DNA from: Octopus bimaculoides
Taxonomy: Eukaryota
DNA: 63,946 nucleotides
Assembly: GCF_001194135.2 (NCBI RefSeq)
Contig: NC_068986.1
Coordinates: 50,375,375 to 50,439,320 of the forward strand
Direction of reading: 5' to 3'
Shown: one piece after another, positions 1-11,270 of the stretch
Layout of the letters: each line of letters opens with the position of its first letter
Numbering within the stretch: the first letter of the stretch is position 1
Made by a program: the position numbers and the translations under genes
The notes under the pieces: model-generated
The model's input: the letters and a program-made list of their open reading frames with translations, nothing else
Databases searched by the model: none
What the model was told of the DNA's origin: nothing

Positions 1-34
<34 letters not shown>

Positions 35-640
35 CCACTGTGTGTTACTGGGTCCACTTATCCATAGATATTACATATATTAAAAAACCAAAGCTCATGC
101 ATAACGCAAATGATATGGGGAAAACAAAAAACAAAGACAAAAAAACAACAAAAAAACAAAAGAAAAGAAAAGAAGAGCAAGATGGAAATTAACGACCGTT
201 GTGAGTTGCAGCAAAAAGAAGAGAGAAGAAAATATAAGTGAATGAGTGGCTGAGTTAGAAAAAAAAAAGGGGGGGGAAAGGGGCCCCATTGGTGATTTAA
301 GTTCTTGGGTTAATATGTCACACTAACAAACCTTTGCCTGCTCCTCTGCATCTGCCCCAAACTTGTACCCCCACTTTAACATGGTAATGCTACAATGATC
401 ACTGTCATAAATTTAACAAGAATGGCAAGATGGATGGGTGGGGCTGTTTCTCCTTTTTTTTTTTGCAGTTCAGTTTAGTCAGAGGAAGAAAGGCAAGTGA
501 TTGCGATCCCCCTTCTTCAGGTCTTCAGTGATTGGTACGAGGAAGTTGTATTTAGACCAAAAAGATTATTTGGCCTGAATATTTTCTACAGATTGGACTC
601 AATAAAGTTTCAACATTTAAAATTTTTTTTTTTTTTTTTA

Positions 641-1432
641 GGCATGGCTGTGTGGTAAGAAACTTGTTTCCCAACCACATGGTTCCAGGCTCAGTCCCAC
701 TGTATGACACCTTGGACAAATGCCTCCTACTATAGCCTCAAGCCAACCAAAGCCTTGTGAGTGGAGTTGGTTGAGGGAAACTTAAAAAAGCCCATCATGT
801 GTATGTATGTGTATATATATATAGAGATATATAGATAGATAGATAGATAGCAAAAATTTAGATTCAGATGAATATGGTATTTAAGTTAAGGCACCAGAAT
901 TTAGTACGGTATTATCCATAAAATTTCAAAGTAAGGTGATTAAAATCAAAACAAGCAACAAGGATATCCAGAGGTAATGCAGTACAATCGTTTCATGCAA
1001 CTCCATTTAATTGAACAATGCAATCATTACATCAATTTAAAATGCAGAGCAATCCTCAGCTGTACAAAGACATAGAATTTAATTAAATTAGAACAGATGG
1101 ACACAACCTCTGGATATCCTTGTTGCTTATTTTGATTATATATATAGATAGATAGATATATACTTGACAACTGATGTTGGTGTGTGTTGGATTCAGTAGA
1201 CAGAAACTGAAAGAATCCAGTTGTGTATATGTGTGTGTGTTTGTGTGACTGTGTTTGTCCCCCCACCATTGCTTTACAACTGATGCTTACATCCCTGTAA
1301 CTTAGCAGTTCAGCAAAAGAGACTAATAGAATAAGTACAAGGCTTACAAAGAATGAGTCCTAGGGTTGATTTGTTTGACTAAAGGCGGGTGCTCCAGCAC
1401 GGCCGCAGTCAAATGACTAAAACAAAAAATGC
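641..1432 (+). mobile_element. SINE family B, interrupted in its internal microsatellite by a foldback insert
   Basis: Head GGCATGGCTGTGTGGTAAG..GGTTCC. The 3' half resumes after 1140 and ends ..AATGACTAAAACAA. Confidence 0.75.
944..1137. repeat. 32-bp inverted repeat (31/32) with a 130-bp spacer
   Basis: AATCAAAACAAGCAACAAGGATATCCAGAGGT (944-975) versus ACCTCTGGATATCCTTGTTGCTTATTTTGATT (1106-1137). Confidence 0.9.
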
Positions 1433-1785
1433 AAGAGTATATATAAAACCTGGCATTCTGTTGGTTACTACGACAAGGGTTCCAGTTGATCTGATCAACG
1501 GAACAACCTGCTTGTTAAATTAACGTGCAAGTGGCTGAGCACTCCATAGACGCACGTACCCTCAGCATAGTTCTCAGGGAGATTCAGCATGACACAGAAT
1601 GTGATACGGTCGGCCCACTGAAATACAGGTACTACTCATTTTTTCCAGCTGAGTGGACTAGAGCAAGGTGAAATAAAGTGTCTTGATCAAGGACACAATG
1701 TGCTGTCAGGTATCAAACCATTTTAGTCATGCACCTTCACTGTATAATACATAATTTGACTATTACATATATAATACATGGTTTA

Positions 1786-2104
1786 GTGGTTAAAGCATCA
1801 GGCTCACAATCATGAGGTAGTGAGTTCAATCCCTGGACTGGGTTGTGTTGTGTTCTTCAGCAAGACACTTTATTTCATCTTGCTCCAGTTCACTCAGCTG
1901 TAGAAATGAGTTGTGATGTCACTGGTGCCAAGCTGTATTGGTCTTTGCCTTTCCCTTGGATAACATCAGTGGTGTGGAGAAGGGAGACTGTCATGCATGA
2001 GTGACTGTTGGTCTTCCATAAACAACTCTGCCTGGACTTGTGCCTAGGATAGTAACTTTCTAGGTGCAATCCCACGGTCAGTCATGTCTGAAGGGGGTCT
2101 TTAC
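1786..2104 (+). mobile_element. SINE family E
   Basis: ATGGTTTAGTGGTTA..GAGTTCAATCC head, then CAAGACACTTTATTTC..CACTCAGCTGTAG. Related reverse copies at 46770-47030 and 55990-56340. Confidence 0.8.
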
Positions 2105-2116
2105 CTGTTCTAATAC

Positions 2117-2149
<33 letters not shown>

Positions 2150-2187
2150 TGTTTTTATAATATATATATATATATGTGTGTGTGTAA

Positions 2188-2288
<101 letters not shown>

Positions 2289-3599
2289 AGAAAAACACCT
2301 TACAGACTGTGATAGCCAAGAAAAATCATTTTGAAATTTACTCTTTCTGTGCAGCCTGGTACCAAATGATCCACAGACCCACACTGGTCTGTGACCCAGT
2401 GGCTATGGAATCCTGCTGTAAAGGATGGGAAAGAGTGTGTACTTAACTGAGGGCAACTCCTTCATTTATATTTACTTCATCTTTGGAGAAACTGACAGTA
2501 AAAATAAACTCCAGCATCTCTGATGAATGAAAATGAATAATTTAAACAAATAGCAGTTTGAATAAAAAAAGGAGGAAAGAAAGTTAAGGTAGCTGTTGTC
2601 TTCTCTAGCAATAATGAAATCTGATATCATCCTGTGGAAAACAGTGTGTGTGGATTATCCCCTCTGTCCATGTACATCACTCACTTCATTCCTCTCCACA
2701 CTATCTCCCACTTGTTTGCCTATTCTCATAAACTTACATTACCTCACCCTGTCTAATCTGTTTCATTCCACTTATTTTCACCTCCCTGTAACTTAAGGGT
2801 ACACCCCAATACACCTTTACCATTATCTTTTTTCCTCTCCTCTATATTTTGTATCTGGGGTAGCCATGTATTTCCTCTACAGAAAGACATTTCTGTCCCT
2901 CCTTCTCTCATCAGCAAGCTCAAAGTCACATCCCTCAACATAACTCCTCTCCCCAGTTAAGGAGTCTTGTCATGCAAATTATTTGGTAACCGTACTGGTG
3001 TTGGTACCTCATGAAAAAGCACCCCCTACACTCTGTAAAGTGGTTGGCATTAAGAGGGGTATCCAGCTGTAGAAACCATGTCAAAACAGGCAGTAGAGCT
3101 TGGCACAATTCTCTGGCTCACCAGCTCCTGTCAAACCAATCAATCCATGCCAGCAAGGAAAACAGACATTAAATGGTGATGATGATGGTGATGAAGTATG
3201 ACCATGCATAATGGTGAAACATGATCCACTGGATGTGTAATGTTGACCTTTAACCCAACACACAGTAAAAAATAAACCACAAAAGAAAGAAAAAACAGAG
3301 CACTCAAGCCAACAGAGTAGCTTCTATATGGTCAAAATGAATCTGCTAGAAATAAAAGCTAAATTTTATTAAAATTTTTACCCAGATTTATCATTAAAAA
3401 CACAGGACAACACATTGGATAATGTAGTCCTAGAAACATTACATTTGAATAAAAGCTAGGATCCCTTTGATTGTAAGTCTGTCAGATTAGACCTGATATG
3501 GGGCTAACAACCAAAAGAATACCAATTACAACAACAGTAGCAGCAGTATCAATAACAACAACACACACATGTGAACTGAGAAAGTGTTTGGGCAGCAGA

Positions 3600-3860
3600 G
3601 GCACCGGTTGATTAGGAGAAATAAATGACTGTGTGCTGGATATAGATCTGTGATGTCTTGGTGAAAAAGGCGCTGTGCACTTGTTGATGAAAAGAGTTAG
3701 ACAAAAGGAAGGCTGAAGGTGATATACTTAAGGTGTGAGGAAACCTAATGAAGTTGGGCATCATGGCAGGGGTGATGAGAAAGCTAGGCAGTTGGTAATA
3801 TGCTTGCTGTACAACAGAGCTAGGAAACTAAAATTGACATTGATGAGGATGTTAATATAT
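3600..3860 (-). mobile_element. Highly degenerate CR1/L2-like LINE 3' end
   Basis: Minus-strand fragments LALLYSKH..C and AFFTKTSQI resemble a CR1/L2 ORF2 C-terminus. Weak similarity by eye. Confidence 0.25.
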
Positions 3861-3869
3861 TTCTTGACC

Positions 3870-5255
3870 CAGCACTCATAGTCACAGTTTTCTTCAAAGT
3901 CCTTTTAACCTAGATATGTATGCTGGGTCTGCCACTACACAACGAAGGTACTCGGGCATCCCTTTTACTCCTGATATGTCCACTTTTATGATACTGTCCC
4001 ATGAGTCTATTCTGTCATACACTTCTTTGTCTCCACTGTATATTATAACATATCTTTCCAAGGGCGAGGGTGGACAAATTTGAGGCTCCTGTGCGTTTGT
4101 GCTTGTGTTTATGTCAAGTAGGGCATGGAGAGGGTTGGTGTCTGTAGGGAGTGGTTGGGAGCTGGGTGAGTGTGGGATGGGGGGTTTTCCTTTACAGCAT
4201 GTGCCTTTTTTTCACTTTCTTCTCTTTTTCCCAGCTGTTTCCCATTCATTGTCCATCTCCTCTTCTTTGACGCTGGTACTGGTCTGTACCTGTGGTGCCA
4301 CTTCACTCTCCTTTTCCTCAACCTCCACGGGTAGTGGTGCACCAGCCACTTTCTCACCCTTTTGTCTCTTTAGCTATCTCAAGTGGTGGAGGACAATACG
4401 CTCTAATGTGGCCTTTTAGACCACACTTATAGCACCGCGGAATCCTCCCTTCCAGTCTGACTTTCAGTGTTGCATCTCTGACTGTGATTGTCTCTACCAT
4501 ATTTTCAATGTCTTCCACAGCAACTTGTACCACCATATCGATGCTTTGTCCTTGCCAGTTCCTATGGGGTGTTCTGGTGACCTGGAGGACCACCACTTTC
4601 TCCTCTATGTCCAGCAGTATGGCAGCTACCAGCCAGGCTACTTCCACTTCTGGGGGTATACCCTCCACCCTAACCCTGGAAGCACGTCTCCCGAGGTATA
4701 AGAGTAGAAGAACCACTTCATCAATTCTCAGCGGTGTTGCTGAGTGCAGCCTAGCAGTAGCTACCTCCTGAAACTGCACCGCCACTGTTCCAAATTTTCT
4801 ACCTCTGGCGAGGTAGGTAATCCCTTGCCAGATTTGTCTAAGTGCCTTTTCTATTTGAGCCTTTGACATGATCTCAATCTTCCTGGCTGCCACCGAATTA
4901 TGTTCTGTAAATTATTGTCTTCTCACTTATTTCTTTGGTAGGGGGGGGGGACACCTTCACTTTGTTCCCCTCCCTTTTATGCATTCCTTTGAACTTGCTC
5001 ACATCCTCCAGCCTCACGTCTTTGCTTCATTCTTTCGTCATCTTTGCATAATTCTTCGTCTCCATTGCTTCATCCATCTTCTTCAAACACTCCACCATTT
5101 CTTTCTTCAGACAACACAAGGTCCAAAAAAGGGCAGTTTACAATGTCTGAAGCAGAACAATTCAAACTTTTGCTACTCCTCACTCGATACCCCTCCATTA
5201 AACAAGAGGGAAAACATCGCACCACCAAGACAACCAAAAAACACGTTACATTCAA
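3870..5255 (-). mobile_element. Tx1/L1-like non-LTR retrotransposon 5' part (ORF1 gag-like, disrupted)
   Basis: ORF 4893-4354 contains an RRM-like RVRVEGIPPEV segment and the CCHC knuckle CYKCGLKGHIRAYC (4434-4393). Coding-like sequence continues on both sides with stops and frameshifts. Confidence 0.7.
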
Positions 5256-5347
5256 AATCCACTATCCAGCTGAGAAACACTATACCGGAAGCAAGCTTCT
5301 TACCACACAGCCACGCCTATACATATAACATATGTATACATGTGTGT

Positions 5348-5722
5348 AGTGGAGGCACAATGGCCCAGTGTTTAGGGCAGCAGACACACGGTCACAGGAT
5401 CGCGGTTTCGATTCCTAGACCGGCCGTTGTGAGTGTTTATTGAGCGAAAAACACCTAAAAGCTCCACGAGGTTCCGGCAGGGGATGATGGCGAACCCTGC
5501 TGTACTCTTCCACCACAACTTTCTCTCACTCTTACTTCCTGTTTCTGTTGTGCCTGTAATTCAAAGGGTCAGCCTTGTCACACTGTGTCACGCAGAATAT
5601 ACCCGAGAACTACGTTAAGGGTACACCTGTCTGTGGAGTGCTCAGCCACTTGCACGTTAATTTCACGAGCAAGCTGTTCCGTTGATTGGATCAACAGGAA
5701 CCCGCGACGGAGTGACAACAAC
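5348..5722 (+). mobile_element. tRNA-headed SINE family A
   Basis: A-box TGGCCCAGTG and B-box GGTTTCGATTCC. TSD ACATGTGTGT at 5338 and 5723. Confidence 0.9.
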
Positions 5723-6029
5723 ACATGTGTGTGGAGGCATGTGGTGTAATGGCAAGGCCATGGGTTCAATTCCCAGTCTGGATGTGTGTTGTGCCCTCGA
5801 GCAAAACACTTCGTTTCACATTGCTCCTTTCTCCTCAGCTGTAAATGGGCAAACCTTGCAATGGACTAGCATTACATTCAAGTAAAACATAGACCTACCT
5901 GCCTAGCTAGTAGAGTAGCATCATTTGTAAGCTAAATAAATTCAAGGAAGCGCATTGTGACCAGTGGTGAGGAACAACATCCGACAGTTGATCCAATACT
6001 ATAATACTGTGATATATTCTTTTTTTCTT

Positions 6030-6327
6030 TTTACTATCAGACTGTGGCCATACTGGAGCAAGTCTTGAAGAACTTTTAGTTGAATATATCAACTCCAGGA
6101 CTTACTTTTTAAAAGTCAGGTACTTATTCTATTGGTTACTTTTGCCGAACAGCTAAGTTATGGGGACATAAAACACACCAACACTGGTCATTAAATTGTG
6201 GTAGGGAGGATAAACAAGACCCACAGATATATGTAGTAAAAGACATACGCAAGGTTCCACACAGTGGGACTGAACACTGAACCATGAGGTTGGAAGCAAG
6301 CTTCTAACCACACAACCACGCCTGCAC

Positions 6328-6365
<38 letters not shown>

Positions 6366-6627
6366 TTTTACTCTTTTACTTGTTTCAGTCATTTGATTGC
6401 GGCCATGCTGGAGCACCGCCTTTAGTCGAGCAAATCGACCCCAGGACTTATTCTTTGGAAGCCTAGTACTTATTCTATCAATCTCTTTTGCCGAACCGCT
6501 AAGTTACGGGGACGTACACACACCAGCATCGGTTGTCAAGCGATGCAAGGGGGACAAACACAGACACACATACATATATATATATATATACATATATATA
6601 TACGACGGGCTTCTTTCAGTTTCCGTC
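6030..6627 (-). mobile_element. Two adjacent family B SINE segments
   Basis: Reverse-complement B consensus. The second segment runs into the N gap. Confidence 0.75.
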
Positions 6628-7621
6628 NNNNNNNNNNNNNNNNNNNNNNNNNNNNNNNNNNNNNNNNNNNNNNNNNNNNNNNNNNNNNNNNNNNNNNNNN
6701 NNNNNNNNNNNNNNNNNNNNNNNNNNNNNNNNNNNNNNNNNNNNNNNNNNNNNNNNNNNNNNNNNNNNNNNNNNNNNNNNNNNNNNNNNNNNNNNNNNNN
6801 NNNNNNNNNNNNNNNNNNNNNNNNNNNNNNNNNNNNNNNNNNNNNNNNNNNNNNNNNNNNNNNNNNNNNNNNNNNNNNNNNNNNNNNNNNNNNNNNNNNN
6901 NNNNNNNNNNNNNNNNNNNNNNNNNNNNNNNNNNNNNNNNNNNNNNNNNNNNNNNNNNNNNNNNNNNNNNNNNNNNNNNNNNNNNNNNNNNNNNNNNNNN
7001 NNNNNNNNNNNNNNNNNNNNNNNNNNNNNNNNNNNNNNNNNNNNNNNNNNNNNNNNNNNNNNNNNNNNNNNNNNNNNNNNNNNNNNNNNNNNNNNNNNNN
7101 NNNNNNNNNNNNNNNNNNNNNNNNNNNNNNNNNNNNNNNNNNNNNNNNNNNNNNNNNNNNNNNNNNNNNNNNNNNNNNNNNNNNNNNNNNNNNNNNNNNN
7201 NNNNNNNNNNNNNNNNNNNNNNNNNNNNNNNNNNNNNNNNNNNNNNNNNNNNNNNNNNNNNNNNNNNNNNNNNNNNNNNNNNNNNNNNNNNNNNNNNNNN
7301 NNNNNNNNNNNNNNNNNNNNNNNNNNNNNNNNNNNNNNNNNNNNNNNNNNNNNNNNNNNNNNNNNNNNNNNNNNNNNNNNNNNNNNNNNNNNNNNNNNNN
7401 NNNNNNNNNNNNNNNNNNNNNNNNNNNNNNNNNNNNNNNNNNNNNNNNNNNNNNNNNNNNNNNNNNNNNNNNNNNNNNNNNNNNNNNNNNNNNNNNNNNN
7501 NNNNNNNNNNNNNNNNNNNNNNNNNNNNNNNNNNNNNNNNNNNNNNNNNNNNNNNNNNNNNNNNNNNNNNNNNNNNNNNNNNNNNNNNNNNNNNNNNNNN
7601 NNNNNNNNNNNNNNNNNNNNN
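6628..7621. other. Assembly gap (994 N); other large gaps at 19557-20134, 40253-40518 and 42543-43169
   Basis: N runs, mostly bordered by microsatellites. Confidence 1.
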
Positions 7622-7670
<49 letters not shown>

Positions 7671-7679
7671 ATGCTGCAG

Positions 7680-7870
7680 TTAGAGTACTCGCGCGCACAC
7701 GCACACAAGCATACACACACGCACACACACACACAAATGCATACACGATGTGCGCGCGCGCGAGACTGATTGACACAACGCCCACAGACTTTGACAATGA
7801 TTGACAGTGCACACCTCACACACACTCATCCGTGTGTGTGAGGTGTGTGTCTGAGGCGTGTGTGCACACA
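7680..7870 (+). promoter_or_regulatory. Candidate tsh promoter/enhancer with Pbx-Meis (Exd-Hth) decamer sites
   Basis: TGATTGACAC at 7767-7776, TGACA at 7792-7796 and a perfect TGATTGACAG at 7798-7807. CpG-rich (CG)n runs in otherwise CpG-poor DNA. Confidence 0.45.
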
Positions 7871-7947
7871 GGTAGATAGATAGATGGACCAGATAGATAG
7901 ATAGATAGACTGATAGATAGATAGATAGGCAGGCAGATAGATAGACT

Positions 7948-7979
<32 letters not shown>

Positions 7980-8359
7980 TGTGTGTATATATAGATATAT
8001 AGTTAGATCTCTCTCTCACTATCTCTATATCTCNNNNNNNNNNCACATTGTTACCATTTGGTATTTTTTTACAGTCCCTTCTCGGTTCCCTCTTGTCTCT
8101 TTCTTTCTCTCATCCTCACCGTTTCTCCCTTCTTTCTATCATTTTTGCTTACAGCTTTCGTCTTGCAGGTTATTTACCTTACCTATATATTCTTCTCTAT
8201 CTCTCTCTCTCTCTTTCTCTCGCATCCCGATCTGTACATGTGTGTATGTCACAGGAAGACAGAGACAGACAAGAGAACGTGTTAAAGAGAGAGATAAAGA
8301 GAGAGAGATGATGGAAAAGAGAACTGTGTGCTTGTCTGTGTGCACAATGTTATATGTAA

Positions 8360-8816
8360 ATGTATAATAAGGTCCAGCAACAACCTTAAGCCCTCGCCAC
8401 TCAAAAACAAGAAGAAAACAAAAAGACAACCCATAACGCACGGCCTTCACAATATATCTATAACAATCATTAGCAGTCCCGTAGAGGAGGAGGAGGACGC
8501 GGAGTTTTCTAGTCACAAACACCACCACCACCACCATAGAAATCTCTCCCACAACCACCACCTCGTGATAGCGCAGTGGTGGTGGCGGTAGCGGAGGCGG
8601 CGTTGGTGGTGGTGTTGTCAGCGGTGGACCAAGACTGACAGAAGGAAGAAAAAAAAAATATCAGTAGGCCGCGGAACTCCCTTTTCATACGGGGAGAGAG
8701 AGAGAGAGGGGGAGAGAAAGAGAGAGAAAAAGGATGGGAAAAACAGGGTTCCCGTTTCCGTACTGTTTGCATGGGCAATCTCGGCATTAACCAATTATTA
8801 TTACTACGGCATTGGA
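8360..8816 (+). other. Candidate first exon of tsh (GC-rich 5' UTR plus a possible 46-nt coding start, ATG 8771)
   Basis: Non-repetitive GC/CpG-rich tract. ATG 8771 to 8816 is 15 codons + 1 nt, followed by a GTAAGA donor at 8817. The phase matches the 30315 acceptor. Confidence 0.35.
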
Positions 8817-9171
8817 GTAAGATTTAAACGGAGACAGAAATAACAACAATAAGCAACATTACTTGCTACTATTAACACTGTTTATATTACAAGTATCACC
8901 TCTACTGCTTTATAATACTAAACGGTAATCATCATTAGCATCGTTTTTTATTTGTTTTGTTTATGTTTGTAAATATTTCGTATATTATGTGAGATTATCT
9001 ATGTGCGTGTGCATTATATATATATGTATACTGTATATTTATATCTACTAATACTGTTATAAAATATCAAACTATCAATCTCTGTATGTATATACATGTT
9101 TGTGTGTATCTATATGTATAACGTATACGCTATATACTTACATATGTGTTTTCATACATAGAACGTATATT

Positions 9172-9230
<59 letters not shown>

Positions 9231-9254
9231 NNNNNNNNNNNNNNNNNNNNNNNN

Positions 9255-9285
<31 letters not shown>

Positions 9286-9293
<8 letters not shown>

Positions 9294-9363
9294 CGCGTAT
9301 ATCTTATGTATACATAGCTATATATATATAGCTATGTATACATAAGATATACACGCTTATATA
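9286..9363. repeat. 78-bp spacerless palindrome with one mismatch
   Basis: Centre at 9324/9325. The only mismatch is C9296 against A9353. Confidence 0.9.
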
Positions 9364-9536
9364 CATGTATATACATAACTATATGTACATGTACATGTAA
9401 ATGTGCCCGTAAATGTGTATGTATAAATATTTTTACAAACATACGTGTATATATATATATATATATATATATACGTCTATGTGTGTGTGTATATATATAT
9501 ACATATTATATACACATGCATATTTTTTATATATAA

Positions 9537-9571
<35 letters not shown>

Positions 9572-9595
9572 TAGATATATACATGCATATTTTTT

Positions 9596-9636
<41 letters not shown>

Positions 9637-9948
9637 CACACATCTATGCGTATATGTGCAAACATTTTTGCGTGTGGGCGCACGTATGTGTGTGTATTTT
9701 GTAATGCCTATACAACACATACTTGTATGTAAAATATGCATTTTAATGTTAAAGGCACATTATTTTACAACACACACACATATATATAATACAAATAATA
9801 AATGAGTATGTGCATATATACGTACATGTATGTACATACTTACATCTACCTGTATATATAGATACATATCTGGGTACAGGACATTGCAAACAAAACGTAG
9901 ACAAAATACAGAAAACAAGTACAGAAAACACACATACATATATATATG

Positions 9949-10000
<52 letters not shown>

Positions 10001-11079
10001 GTAGCGTAAACGTAACGCATGCACTCGTGTAAATCTGGCCGGAATCCTCGTACATCATAACAAGGGAAGTAATTCATGATCTTTATATTCCACGCTCATT
10101 CAAATTTTGCTTCCCTTTTTTTTCTTTCTTTTTCCATAGTTCACGTTTATTTACCAACGATATTTTTTACTGTTATCATCTGCCGGTAACATGTAACGTC
10201 CCCCTGCTTTGTCTGTGTGTGTTTTTGTTTGGCACACACTGTCATAACACGTAACATAACTTCAATACTTGCCCATACATACATTCGTACACACACACAC
10301 ACACCCATTCACTCACAATTTGCTTAACGGTGATTTAAGAGATAAAACCTGTCGCAGGTTCGAACATGTCCTACCCCCACTTAGTCTCTAAGCATGTTTT
10401 TGTTTCGATTCAGTATCGTCCAAAATATTTTACGTATGTGTAACAATCATTAATTAAAAAAAAAAAAAAAAGGTATGCTCATAGAAATACTTTCAAACCA
10501 GTGTTGTAGTTCTTAGCCCCGTGGTCTATTTACCACACTTACGACAATTGCTGTGTGAAGGCATGGCCACACAAAGCAAGTTGCACGGGGGCCCCGTGGC
10601 TCTGGGGCTTAATGTATGCTGTGACGGTGTATGCAGCGGCCCCAGTGCAATGCTTTGCCCGGAAGGTAAGGAGCGACGGTTACAAAGCCGTTAAGTCAGC
10701 CCTACCTGTGACCAAAACGTGTTCCAGTAATGATCAACCCGCTCAGTGAGGGGTTAAGGGGTTTATACATTGTGTGTGTGTTGTTATAACTGGGGATGGT
10801 CATATTTTTGCCAATTAACCACACGCACCATGGCAAAAATATGACCGTACCGAAATAACAATGTCTGCTCCAAGACACGATTTCACACCAGGAATCTTGC
10901 GAAACAAATACATAGACGTCTACACACACACACACACATACATTTTAGGGTTTTAAAAGTCATGGCCGGCCGTAGAGTGACCACTGCGATCACTATCACC
11001 ATTTAACTTCCTAAAAAATTCATTACTGTCCTAATGTTTTAGATTATGCTTCTTCTTTCGGATTTGTTTTCTTTACAAA

Positions 11080-11116
<37 letters not shown>

Positions 11117-11133
11117 AAAGAAAAAAAAGCAAA

Positions 11134-11178
11134 GGACCACTGATGAGGTCACAGAAGTGTGACGAAAGAACTCTGGCC
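11134..11178 (+). ncRNA. Minimal type I hammerhead ribozyme motif (Penelope-like-element type)
   Basis: GGACCA - CTGATGA - G - GTCAC agaagt GTGAC - GAAA - G aa C - TC - TGGCC. The catalytic core is complete, stem II is a perfect 5 bp, stem III is minimal, and stem I has one bulge. Confidence 0.7.
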
Positions 11179-11222
11179 GAAATAGGATTAATGTAATGTA
11201 ATATAAAGCTGANNNNNNNNNN

Positions 11223-11270
<48 letters not shown>

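Noticed and set aside
469-535. Possible + strand exon after a poly-T/GCAG acceptor
   Set aside because: All frames close quickly and the donor is weak; no supporting homology.
2519-2945. Other CTGANGA hits as hammerheads (e.g. 2521 on +, about 2912 on -)
   Set aside because: No pairing stem II with a correctly placed GAAA and UH.
4484-5443. Plus-strand ORFs 4484-4771 and 4868-5443
   Set aside because: Antisense to the Tx1-like ORF1 and running into SINE sequence.
6397-7825. Long ORFs of 400+ aa (also 19281-20371, 40196-40656, 42460-43261)
   Set aside because: They are open only because they run through N gaps and dinucleotide repeats.
8328-8591. His/Glu-rich 87-aa ORF
   Set aside because: Produced by (CAC)n and (GAG)n triplets, starts at a non-ATG codon and has no recognisable family.
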